A stretch of 64,000 nucleotides of DNA. Origin: Rhodospirillales bacterium. Lineage in GTDB: Bacteria > Pseudomonadota > Alphaproteobacteria > Rhodospirillales > UBA2165. The stretch lies in assembly GCA_046582495.1 (NCBI GenBank), contig JAYGEG010000099.1, forward strand, positions 1,858 through 65,857, read 5' to 3'. The position numbers were made by a program, and so were the translations under genes. Below, in pieces: positions 47,120-56,709 of this stretch (position 1 is the stretch's first letter; each line of letters starts with the position of its first letter). The notes beneath the pieces are model-generated. The model saw nothing but the letters and a program-made list of their open reading frames with translations, had not been told where the DNA came from and did no database searches.

Positions 47120-49869
47120 TATTGGCCGAGCCTTTCCAAAATGGCGGGCAAATGGACTTGATCGGCTTTGTAATTACCGGTGAGGACATACATCATCAGA
47201 TTGATGCCAAATCGATAAGCCATTTCGCGCTGGCGTTCACCGCCCGGCACAACGGGATAAAGCGGCTTGCGAGCTTCATCCATCGCCCAGGCTCCGGCCC
47301 AATCATGGCCGCCAACAATAATCGACGAAACGCCATCATTGGCGCGCTCGGCTGCCTGGCTGGTGGATCGCTGCACCCAAACCCGGCCCCCAGTCCAGCG
47401 TCCTGGAAATTCGCGCAATAAATAATAGGCTTTGGTCAGCACATGATCCGAGGGAATTGCCGTCATCGGCGGCACATCCAGATGGCGGGCGATCTCCTCT
47501 AAACGATCCGCACCAACACCGCCGCCCGAACTATCTCGCGTATCGAAAAAGATCGTGCCGCTGTTTTTGAGATAGCGGTTTAGTTTTATCGCTGTCGCCG
47601 GCTCGATCACGGGCGCATCTTCGGTGATCGGCCAATAAATCATTGGATAATAGGAGAGCTCGTCTGTTGCCGGATCGATGGCGATTGGCTTACCCATATC
47701 GGCAGCCGTCCGACTGTTGGCGATAAAGGCCAAGCCTTCCAAACCGGCGCGGCTGGTATTATCGATTTGGCTGTTGCCGGTTTTGACATAGGCAATCCGT
47801 ATGTTAAGAGCAGGCGCAAATTCGCGGGCGTCATTCGCTTGAACGCGATTATCGGGAACCACTGTTTGAGCTTGAGCGGTGCTGAAAATTAACGGTGCCA
47901 TCATGAGTGCAATAAGCGCTGCAGTTGCCCGATTGAAGGTAAAAAAACCACGCAGAGCAAAGCTCGCGATGATATCTAAAATAGCGAGGACCATTGCTGC
48001 GAGGAGTAGCGCGCCGCGAAAATCCTGCTCGCGGGTTTCTTGATAAGTGTCTCGGGTGACGCCAGCCCCCAAATCGCTGAGCGGCGTAAGATGGGTGATT
48101 GAAGGGGACAGATTAAAGGCGCGCCGTGCGGTTTCGTCGCCATAAAATCCCGGAGGATGTTTCGGGCCCGCTTTACCGCTCAAAAAATCACTTGCTTTCA
48201 TCGCCAAAGCGCCCGGTCTTGGATCGGTGAGGCGGCCAAAACCGTCGATTGACTGGATTGGTTTGAGAATTCGCTCACCGGTTTCGCCAACAATACCCCT
48301 GCTTAACTGCACGAGATTTTGCAACATACCAACAAACAAACCCGACAGCGGCAAATTAGACCAGCTAGGGCTCGCGGTGATGTGGAAAAAGACCAGCCAA
48401 CCATCACCGCGCTTTTCCGCCGTGACCAAAGGTGTGCCATCCGTCAATTGCGCCCAGGTTTTTTCAGGTAGATCAACGCTTGGCTGCGCCAAAACTTGGC
48501 GGCGAACGCGTACATCTTTTGGAATAACCAGACCCGCGAAGGGACTGTTTTGTCGAAAGGCAGCAAGTGCCGCTGGCTTCGCCCATGATAACGCGCCGCC
48601 CAAATCTCGACTACCCTGGCGGAGTCTCACTGGGAGAACAGGATTTTTTTCAGACGCCAATCTTGGGCCGGCAAAACGAAGCGCAATACCGCCCAGCTTA
48701 ACCCAACGCAGCAATCGATCATTTTGTTTTGTTGTCATTTTGCCGGGATCAGCGAGCACAACCATGGCAATCTCGCGCTTAAACAATTCCTCCATCGTGC
48801 CCACCCGTACTTCGGTGAACGGATCAAGTGCCTTATCAAGATAAAATAAATTATCCAACAATGGCTGACTCGAGCTGCGTTTGCGGGCCGACACCAAACC
48901 AACCGGGCGGCGGCGCCAGCGCTCATCCACCAACACCGTAGATCCGGCAGAATTAAAATTTTCAATTTCTATAAAGGTTACTTTATTCCGAATTTCGGCA
49001 GGTAAAGTGAGCTTGAGCTTGCCTGTCGTTTCGCCTGCATCAAACTTTATAGGCTGGCGGGTTAAGACATTGCCGTCCTCACCGCGCACGCGCACACTCA
49101 AAGAGGAGGCAACGCCTGAAGCAGCCCGCCTGGCAGAAATCGTCAATCCATCGCGCTCTGAAACCGGCGGCATCAAAAGCGGCGACAAAGCGCCTGGTGT
49201 ATCTGCCAACACTGTCAGGTCGCCGATTTTTTGCAAGATAGATGTAAATTCGGCGACATCGCTGCCATCGGGTTTGTCATTTAAGCCGTTGCTCAGCCAA
49301 ACGACTTGCGGCGTTCCTTGATACTTCAATTCGTTTAAAATTGATGTCGTCGCGATCCGGTTGACCGGCCAGGGCTTCGGTTGCAAGGCACCCAGCAATT
49401 GGCGCGCAGCATCGGCTGTCAGCAATGATTCCATCGCACGGGATTGGTCGGCATTCCCGGGCGCCGTCGTGATTACCGCGACGGCGCGGCCTTGTCGCTC
49501 GGCTTGATCCATCAAATTTGAAAATGCTGTTTGGCGCTTATTCCAATGGCGGGCAGAGGCCCAGCCATCATCGACAATCAGGATCAGTGGGCCATCTTCG
49601 GCGAATTGATTTGTGGCATTTAAGATCGGATGGGCCGCACCCAATATGACCAGCGTGATCAACGCCAATCGCAATAGCGTCAACCAGAGCGGTGTTTTGG
49701 CTGAGCTTTCCTCGGGATTAACCAGCCGCATTACCAAACGGATAGCGGGAAAACGAACCCGCCTTGGTGCTGGCGGAATAACCCGGAGCAGCCACCACAA
49801 AATCGGCAGCGTTGCCAAGCCAAAAAGGGCAAGGGGAGCAACGAAGGAAATGGCACCGAGGGTAAACAT
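47119..49869 (-). CDS. BatA/vWA/DUF4159 membrane protein (start 49869; ORF track 49890)
   Basis: BatA N-terminus (LPILWWLL..PP..RFPA), DDGWAS, C-terminal RFGINLMMYVLTGNYKADQVH. Confidence 0.85.
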   Translation of the reverse strand: MFTLGAISFVAPLALFGLATLPILWWLLRVIPPAPRRVRFPAIRLVMRLVNPEESSAKTPLWLTLLRLALITLVILGAAHPILNATNQFAEDGPLILIVDDGWASARHWNKRQTAFSNLMDQAERQGRAVAVITTAPGNADQSRAMESLLTADAARQLLGALQPKPWPVNRIATTSILNELKYQGTPQVVWLSNGLNDKPDGSDVAEFTSILQKIGDLTVLADTPGALSPLLMPPVSERDGLTISARRAASGVASSLSVRVRGEDGNVLTRQPIKFDAGETTGKLKLTLPAEIRNKVTFIEIENFNSAGSTVLVDERWRRRPVGLVSARKRSSSQPLLDNLFYLDKALDPFTEVRVGTMEELFKREIAMVVLADPGKMTTKQNDRLLRWVKLGGIALRFAGPRLASEKNPVLPVRLRQGSRDLGGALSWAKPAALAAFRQNSPFAGLVIPKDVRVRRQVLAQPSVDLPEKTWAQLTDGTPLVTAEKRGDGWLVFFHITASPSWSNLPLSGLFVGMLQNLVQLSRGIVGETGERILKPIQSIDGFGRLTDPRPGALAMKASDFLSGKAGPKHPPGFYGDETARRAFNLSPSITHLTPLSDLGAGVTRDTYQETREQDFRGALLLAAMVLAILDIIASFALRGFFTFNRATAALIALMMAPLIFSTAQAQTVVPDNRVQANDAREFAPALNIRIAYVKTGNSQIDNTSRAGLEGLAFIANSRTAADMGKPIAIDPATDELSYYPMIYWPITEDAPVIEPATAIKLNRYLKNSGTIFFDTRDSSGGGVGADRLEEIARHLDVPPMTAIPSDHVLTKAYYLLREFPGRWTGGRVWVQRSTSQAAERANDGVSSIIVGGHDWAGAWAMDEARKPLYPVVPGGERQREMAYRFGINLMMYVLTGNYKADQVHLPAILERLGQ

Positions 49870-49871
49870 GG

Positions 49872-50798
49872 CTAGGCTGTCCCTGTCCATTCTATTGTCG
49901 CCGTCAGCGCGACATACAAATTAAGCAACGTTGCTTGTAACGGTTGGTCGGTCATATGAGTACTAAACCCCCAGCCAGCCGTGCGGGCAATAGCTTCGAG
50001 TCCACGGCGCTGCGCCGCCATCTCGGTTTTGTAATCCTCGCGCACACCTTCGACCCGGCCGATAAGCGCATTGCCTTCATTTTCGGTGCCTTCAAAACGC
50101 GTGCGTCCGCCAAACGGCAGGCTTTGCTCGGCAGGATCAAGAACCTGTAAAATATAGCCATCAACGCCGCGATTGGAAAACACGCCGACAGCGTGATTAA
50201 TCTCTTCCAAGGGTTCCAGAAAATCACTGATCAGAACGACGCGGCCATGTTTGGGAACTTGCTCAAACGGCGGCAGACTTCCTGTGTCGGTTTCTTTTTT
50301 GGCTTTTCGCTGGGCCAACTCCTCTTCTCGGTCTTCGAGGGCGGCAGCCAGAATATTCAACGCCATCCGGCCGGTTGACGGAATGGTGCCGCGGCCAAGC
50401 GGCGCGACATGTTCGCCGCCCCGCACCAAAAGCGAGGCCAAAGCGAGCGTTAGCAAATCGGCATGTTCCAGCTTGGTCTGAAGCTTTTTGGTCGATTGAT
50501 AGTGCATTGATGGAGACGCATCACTCCACAACCAAACACTTTGCGCCGCTTCCCATTCGGTTTCCCGCAAATAGACGCTGTCTGAACGGGCCGAGCGCCG
50601 CCAATCAATGTGTTGGATCGAATCACCGCGTTCATAGTGGCGGAACTGCCAGAAGGTTTCACCTTGGCCAATACGCCGTCTGCCATGCACGCCTTGCGCA
50701 ACCGTAGCAGCGACGCGCTCTGCCGCGACCATCAAAGGCGGCAGATTGGCGGCTAATAATTCCGCACGGTTGTGGAGCTCTGCGAGTGGCGTCGTCAT
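49872..50798 (-). CDS. DUF58 family protein
   Basis: GETFWQFRHY..GD..IDWRRSAR, DASPSM, ISDFL, DPAE. Confidence 0.9.
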   Translation of the reverse strand: MTTPLAELHNRAELLAANLPPLMVAAERVAATVAQGVHGRRRIGQGETFWQFRHYERGDSIQHIDWRRSARSDSVYLRETEWEAAQSVWLWSDASPSMHYQSTKKLQTKLEHADLLTLALASLLVRGGEHVAPLGRGTIPSTGRMALNILAAALEDREEELAQRKAKKETDTGSLPPFEQVPKHGRVVLISDFLEPLEEINHAVGVFSNRGVDGYILQVLDPAEQSLPFGGRTRFEGTENEGNALIGRVEGVREDYKTEMAAQRRGLEAIARTAGWGFSTHMTDQPLQATLLNLYVALTATIEWTGTA

Positions 50799-50809
50799 GT
50801 CAGGTGTTC

Positions 50810-51832
50810 TTATCCAATCCGACTCGCTAATTTATCAATAACTTTTTCAAGTGTGACACCTTCTGCGCGGGCAGCAAAGTTCAACGCCATGCGATGGCGC
50901 AAGACCGGTTGGGCCAAAGCCAGCACGTCGTCAATTGAGGGGGCCAATCTTCCTTGAATGACAGCGCGCGCGCGAACTGCCAGCATCAGCGCCTGACTGG
51001 CGCGCGGACCTGGACCCCAGGCAACATGCTCTATCACCTCAGGTATATCGGAAGACGTTGGGCGACCGGAGCGCACCATTTCCAATATGGCGGCCATGAC
51101 GCTGTCGCCAACCGGCACATGGCGGACAATCCTTTGAGCATGTTGCAACTCATCACCGCTCATAACCTGGACCGGTTTTTCTTCTTCAATGCCGGTCGTT
51201 GCTGTCAGAATTTCGCGTTCAGCCGCGAGCTGAGGGTAATCAATATTTACCTGCATCAAAAAACGGTCGAGCTGAGCTTCAGGCAGCGGGTAAGTGCCTT
51301 CTTGTTCGAGCGGGTTTTGTGTCGCCAATACATGGAAAGGTGTGGGCAATTCGTGGTAGTGACCGGCAATAGATACGCGCCGTTCTTGCATCGCCTGGAG
51401 AAGCGCCGATTGGGTGCGCGGGCTTGCCCGGTTGATCTCATCGGCCATCAATAATTGGCAAAACACCGGTCCTTGAATGAATCGGAAAGAGCGCTTGCCA
51501 CCCTCACCTTCCTCGAGAACTTCGGAGCCCAAGATATCAGCCGGCATGAGATCAGGTGTAAACTGCACCCGCTTTTCATCCAACCCCAAGACGGTGCCGA
51601 GCGTTTCAACCAAGCGGGTCTTGCCCAGACCGGGCACACCGATGAGCAGAACGTGACCGCCTGACAGCAACGTGATAAGAGTTTCCTCAATAACCGGCTG
51701 TTGGCCAAAAATAATTCGGCCAACGGCGTTACGCACATCGATTATTTTTTTACTGATGTCTTCAAGTTCATCGATAACATCATTAGTATTGGAGCCATCT
51801 GGAGCTACTGTTGGTTTGACTGCGTCGGTCAA
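50810..51832 (-). CDS. MoxR family AAA+ ATPase
   Basis: GVPGLGKT, QFTPDLMPAD, DEINRASPRTQSALL, GTYPLPEAQLDRF. Confidence 0.95.
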   Translation of the reverse strand: MTDAVKPTVAPDGSNTNDVIDELEDISKKIIDVRNAVGRIIFGQQPVIEETLITLLSGGHVLLIGVPGLGKTRLVETLGTVLGLDEKRVQFTPDLMPADILGSEVLEEGEGGKRSFRFIQGPVFCQLLMADEINRASPRTQSALLQAMQERRVSIAGHYHELPTPFHVLATQNPLEQEGTYPLPEAQLDRFLMQVNIDYPQLAAEREILTATTGIEEEKPVQVMSGDELQHAQRIVRHVPVGDSVMAAILEMVRSGRPTSSDIPEVIEHVAWGPGPRASQALMLAVRARAVIQGRLAPSIDDVLALAQPVLRHRMALNFAARAEGVTLEKVIDKLASRIG

Positions 51833-51877
51833 TAGGTTTCTCCTTTAGTATTAATTCTCACTCGCGCGGTACGTCTA

Positions 51878-52492
51878 ATGAATAAACAAAAATTAGATGC
51901 TTTAAATTCCCTTTCCAGCCTACCAAATTTAGCTGGTAATAATGAGTCTAATTCTCCCGGCGATTCGCCTGAAGGTCAAACCTTATGCGGTGATTTCGAC
52001 ATTCGGATCGACCGCGATGGTCTATGGTTTTACCATGGATCGCCCATTGGTCGCAAAGAACTCGTGAAACTGTTCTCCTCCGTACTAAATCGTGACAAAG
52101 ATGGCAAATATTGGCTTATTACGCCGGCGGAAAAAGGTGAAATTGTCGTCGAAGATGTACCTTTTCAAGCCGTAGAGCTGACGGTAGAAGGCGAGCTGAA
52201 ACACCAAAATTTAACCTTTCGCACCAATATTGACGAAATTGTGATGGCGGATGAAGCCCATCCGATCCGGATCGAGACCGATTCGCAAACCGGAGAACCC
52301 TCGCCCTATATTATGGTGCGGGACGGCTTGGAGGCTAGATTGACCCGCGCAGTGTTTTATCAAATGGTTGATCTGGGTGTTGAAATAGCGGCAGAAATAG
52401 CGCAAGGAGACACTAATTATCACGATAAATCATTTGGTGTATGGAGTGGTGGACAATTCTTTCAGATCGGCACATTAACGGATCAAGACTAA
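51878..52492 (+). CDS. DUF1285 family protein
   Basis: CGDFDIRIDRDGLWFYHGSPIGR, LITPAEK, FRTN, PY..VR.GLEA. Confidence 0.88.
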   Translation: MNKQKLDALNSLSSLPNLAGNNESNSPGDSPEGQTLCGDFDIRIDRDGLWFYHGSPIGRKELVKLFSSVLNRDKDGKYWLITPAEKGEIVVEDVPFQAVELTVEGELKHQNLTFRTNIDEIVMADEAHPIRIETDSQTGEPSPYIMVRDGLEARLTRAVFYQMVDLGVEIAAEIAQGDTNYHDKSFGVWSGGQFFQIGTLTDQD

Positions 52493-53115
52493 CTCTGGAT
52501 GATGTGGTTGCGCGCCTAGACGCCACTGCAAATGGCATTGGCCGTCGCTCCAACGAAGCAGCCGAACCCGCTGAAATCGAAGAGCAGAACCGCAATGAAT
52601 GGGTGAAGGGCGATAAGCCTCTGAAAGCCGCCGCCGTCCTGGTGCCGCTTGTGGTGCGCGAAGACGGGCTCAACGTCTTGCTAACCAAGCGCACGGACCA
52701 CCTTAAAAACCACGCCGGGCAGATCAGTTTTCCCGGCGGCCGCGTTGATGACACCGACCGCGACGCCCTTCATACAGCTTTGCGCGAAACCGAAGAAGAG
52801 CTCGGCCTTCCCGCCAAGCACATCAATATTATTGGCGAGTTAGACGAGTATATTGTCGGCACCGGCTATCTCGTCAATCCGATTATTGGTGTGATCGAGC
52901 CGCCGTTTGAGCTCAACCCTGAGGAAAACGAAGTCGCCGAAGTCTTCGAAGCCTCACTCGACTATCTGATCGCGCCCGAGAATATGGGAACCTACGCCCG
53001 TGATTACCAAGGGGCGACGCGGCATCATTTTGCCATCACCTGGGAAGAACATTTTATCTGGGGTGCGACCGCCGGCATGTTGCGCAATCTATCGCAACGG
53101 CTGTTATCGGAATAG
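52441..53115 (+). CDS. Nudix CoA pyrophosphatase (start uncertain, perhaps GTG 52504)
   Basis: AAVLVPL, HAGQISFPGG, ALRETEEELG, IWGATAGML. Confidence 0.92.
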   Translation: MEWWTILSDRHINGSRLTLDDVVARLDATANGIGRRSNEAAEPAEIEEQNRNEWVKGDKPLKAAAVLVPLVVREDGLNVLLTKRTDHLKNHAGQISFPGGRVDDTDRDALHTALRETEEELGLPAKHINIIGELDEYIVGTGYLVNPIIGVIEPPFELNPEENEVAEVFEASLDYLIAPENMGTYARDYQGATRHHFAITWEEHFIWGATAGMLRNLSQRLLSE

Positions 53116-53127
53116 AGGAGAAACGCG

Positions 53128-53394
53128 ATGCGGATATTTCTTCATATCTTTCTGCCGCTGATTACACCACTGATCCTCTATTCAATCTGGGCTAATATTG
53201 ATGCCAAACGAAAAGGCAAAGGCCTGCCTGATTGGGAGGAAGGCCAGTGGTTCTGGGTTCTGGTTGTGGGATTTGTACTAACCGCCGGCTCGTTGATTTA
53301 CCTGACGACTTTGGGCGAAGACACCGAAAGAGAGTACCAATCTCCGCGTTTTGAAAACGGCCGCATTGTCCCCGGTCATTTTAAAGATAAATAA
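53128..53394 (+). CDS. Small membrane protein (DUF6111-like)
   Basis: Two TM helices and YQSPRFENGRIVPGHF; usual position between Nudix and cca; GAGGAG RBS. Confidence 0.75.
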   Translation: MRIFLHIFLPLITPLILYSIWANIDAKRKGKGLPDWEEGQWFWVLVVGFVLTAGSLIYLTTLGEDTEREYQSPRFENGRIVPGHFKDK

Positions 53395-53421
53395 AATTGC
53401 GATGAGCCGGAAGAAATAGAT

Positions 53422-54855
53422 ATGATTGAAGACTTTCTCAATTTTATCGAAGGACCGGCACGCTGGACCATCACCGCCCTGGCGCTGATGGTGTTTTTGT
53501 TTCTCGTCGCCCGCCGCAAATCCTCACGCCGCAAATTGTTTGAGCCGACTGCCAAACCTTCCGACATCATCGTTAAATGGGGCAAGCAGGCTGGCGGCCA
53601 AATTCCGATTGAACCCTGGATGGACAACCCAGAGATCAATGCTGTCATGGAGGCGATCACCAAAAACGGTAAAGAAGCCCGCTTTATTGGCGGCTGCGTC
53701 CGCGATTCCATCTTAAAACGGCCGGTCAAAGATGTTGATATAGCGACCCAGGAGACACCTGATCAGGTCACGCAATTGCTCGAAGAGGCAGGTATAAAAG
53801 CTGTCCCCATCGGCATAGAACACGGCACGATTATGGCGGTAATCAATCACAAAAGCTTTGAGATCACCTCGCTTAGAAAAGATATTAAGACCGATGGTCG
53901 CCATGCGGTTGTCAAATTTACCGATGATTGGCGGCAAGATGCGGCCCGGCGCGATTTCACTTTCAACACGTTGAGCGCAACACCCGACGGCATGGTGTTT
54001 GACTATTTTAACGGCATCCAGGATCTCGCCGATCGGGTGATCTGATTTGTCGGCCGCGCGCCTGAGCGGATCGCGGAAGATCGCCTTAGAATTTTGCGCT
54101 ACTTTCGCTTTATCGCCACCCTTGGCATGCGGGTTGAAAGCAAAACGGAGTTCCAAGCCTGTATTGATAAAGCGGGTGACCTAAAAGAGCTTTCTGCCGA
54201 ACGCATTCGATCCGAGCTTTTCAAAATTCTCGCTTCCACGATGCATCTCGACGTCATTGCGTTGATGTATACCCACGGCATCCTCAAAGTTATCCTGCCC
54301 CACGTCACCAAACCTGAGCGGTTGCGTCAATTGGCCTGGCTGGAAACCGTCGCGATTAAGTTCGATATGATCGGCATTGATCCGATCCGCCGTCTGGCCG
54401 CCTTGGTTGAGACGGATGAGAACGGGGTGACGGATATAACGGATGCCTTGAAACTTTCGAAAGCCGAGCAAAAACGATTGGCCTCGATGGTCGCACCACA
54501 AATAGAAATCACCTGGGACATAAGCGACAACGATCTACGCGCCGCCTTTCATCAAGTGGGCGCCGAGACGGTCATCGATCTGGTACTGCTCAAATGGGCA
54601 GAGATGCTCGTCGCCTCACCAACCGGGCTCGGCGAGGAAAAACAAGGCTGGCTTCATATCATTGAAGAAGCGGACCGGGTTTTGGCAGAAGAGAAAATCA
54701 GTTTTCCACTCAAAGGCCAGGACGTGCTCAATCTCGGCATCGAACCCGGCCCGGAGGTTTCCCAATTGCTGGATCAAGTTGAGCAGTGGTGGATGCTGGA
54801 AGGTTGCCGCGCTGATCACGCATTGTGTTTTGATAAACTAAAAACGCTCCTCTAA
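53422..54855 (+). pseudogene. cca: CCA tRNA nucleotidyltransferase interrupted by an in-frame TGA at 54043-54045
   Basis: FIGGCVRD, DVDIAT, DAARRDFTFN, then VI*FVGRAPERIAEDRLRILRYFRF, LSAERIRSELFKIL; ORFs 53422 and 54094 share a frame. Confidence 0.85.
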
Positions 54856-54871
54856 AGATATATTATGTGTT

Positions 54872-54992
54872 CCCTCAATCGCCGGGCGCTTACGCCGTAA
54901 GCTTGGCTACGCCGCATAAGCGACGACCCGCAGTCGCGGGCTTAGAGGATGTATTCCCTCTCCCCTGGAGGGAGAGTGTTAGGGTGAGGGGG
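54872..54992 (+). repeat. Structured repeat copy 1 (70-bp core plus CCCTCTCCC..GGGAGAG..AGGGTGAGGG REP-like hairpin)
   Basis: 54872-54941 matches the reverse complement of 57298-57367 at 64/70 (hand alignment). Confidence 0.9.
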
Positions 54993-55034
54993 AAACACCC
55001 AATTTAGCTGAATTTATTCTGCCCTTACCTCCAA

Positions 55035-55062
55035 TATTGTCCTCTCAATCGCCGGGCGCTTA
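55035..55062 (+). repeat. Partial repeat copy 2
   Basis: TATTGTCCTCTCAATCGCCGGGCGCTTA matches the outer end of copies 1 and 3. Confidence 0.85.
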
Positions 55063-56709
55063 TCCGACCACCGCGCCAGCGATCCCTTCGGCGCATTTAT
55101 CAGTGATGAGGAAGCCGCATTGTGGGTGGCGGATGAAACGCGCGACAACGACCCCTTCGGCGCTTTCATAAGTGATGCCGATCTTGCATCATTTATGTCC
55201 AATGAAGATGAACATGCCGAGGAATTCTCGAGTGTCGGCTCCCTCGACGGGAACACATCAGGGCTCGGCACCTCGGCGACCGACACAGGATATTTAGGCG
55301 ATGCGTTCCAGAGTTTTGCCGATGACATTGCAGGCATGTCTGTCGGTGAATTTGAAAGCGAGTGGAATTCAGGGGCAACACCTTCCTCAGCACCCTCTGG
55401 TTCTTCTACAGAATTTGGCATTTCGGATGGTATCGATCCGGGTGCGCTGATGGGCAGTTCCGCTACCGAAACTCTCTCTGATGCCGAGAAAGGCGCGGCC
55501 ATCACCGCCGCGGTCGAGGCGCAAATGGCCGACGGTACGGCTGCGCGCGCCGAGCAAGCGATTGGCGGTGCGATCAATATTGGTGCAGGATATCCCAGCG
55601 CTGATCCGGCAAGTGCCGCGATGACAGCTTACGGCACCTCAATCGATCCCTGGGGCGGACCAAATTCAACAAGCGATACAACAAGCGCTGTCGCAACCGG
55701 CACCTCCGGCGCCAGTTTCAACGGCATGAGCACCAGTGGCATGGGTATGGGCATGGCCGGCCATGGACGACGAAGCCGCAGACCTCAGCTCGGCCATCTT
55801 CGGTGCACACAATGAAATGTTCGGAAACTCGTTAGGAGAACAAAACGACAACATTGGCGGTAATTTACTTGGCAGCGAGACCAATACATATACAGGCAAA
55901 ACCGTTAGTTCGGTAAGGGCGACAACATCGACATGGGCGACGAAACAGGAGGAGCCGGAGATGAATGCTTCACCGGCGACACGCCGATCCTGATGGCGGA
56001 TGGCACGGAAATGCCGATCGAATATGTTCAGGCGGGCGACAAAATTGCCTCCTTTTCGGGGCTCGGCCAACTCGTCCCGCAGACCGTATTGGAAAATTTA
56101 ATTTCGAGCCGTCGTCGTCTGATCAACATTGATGGCGTGCGTGTCACGCCGCCGCACCCATTTTTGTGCTCAAATGGCAAATGGCTGTTTGCCCGCGAAA
56201 TCGAGCCTGGCATGGAGCTCATCAAAGCCGACGGCTCTATCTATTAGGTCAGATCGGTGTTCGCCGATGGCTATGGCAGCACGGTCTACAATCTCGAAGT
56301 CGATGGCGGTGATTGTTTTATCGCCGGCGGCTTTCGCGTTCACAACTCGACCATCATCTGCGCTGAACTGCATCGCCAAGGCTGGTTCAGCGATGCGGAA
56401 TGGGACATTGAGCGACGCTATTCACGCTACGAAAATCCGTTTCGCGGCTATGGCGAAGACTGGGATAGCGTCAGCCACATCTACCGTCTCATCGCCGAGC
56501 CACTGATTGCACTCTCCCGGCGGGCGCCGATGACGTTTGGCCGCGCGCTTGCAGGCTTGATCCGGCCCTGGATCACCGAGCTTGGCTACCGTTATGCCGG
56601 CTGGCCCAAAGGCCACATTCTCGGCCATCTCGCGATGAAATACGGCACACCGATTATCCGCTTTCTGTGGGGCATAAAAGTTAAGTCGCCGGAGAAAGCG
56701 AATGCTTAA
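55063..56709 (+). pseudogene. Acidic Ser/Gly/Ala-rich protein with intein-like Hint domain and C-terminal IICAELHRQG domain; 5'-truncated, two frameshifts, one amber
   Basis: ORFs 55120, 55736, 55933 and 56257 join via +1 (near 55762), -1 (near 55909) and TAG (56245); Hint 55966-56346: CFTGDTPILMADG...VTPPHPF...VYNLEV...RVHN/S. Confidence 0.85.

Noticed and set aside
54043-54100. Selenocysteine at the cca TGA
   Set aside because: The position corresponds to a conserved Arg rather than Cys, and no convincing SECIS hairpin follows
55813-56247. Stop-codon reassignment (TAG=Gln phage code) explaining the broken Hint gene
   Set aside because: The same frame also contains TGA (55813) and TAA, and the protein-like sequence moves to another frame between about 55762 and 55909, so indels are needed regardless
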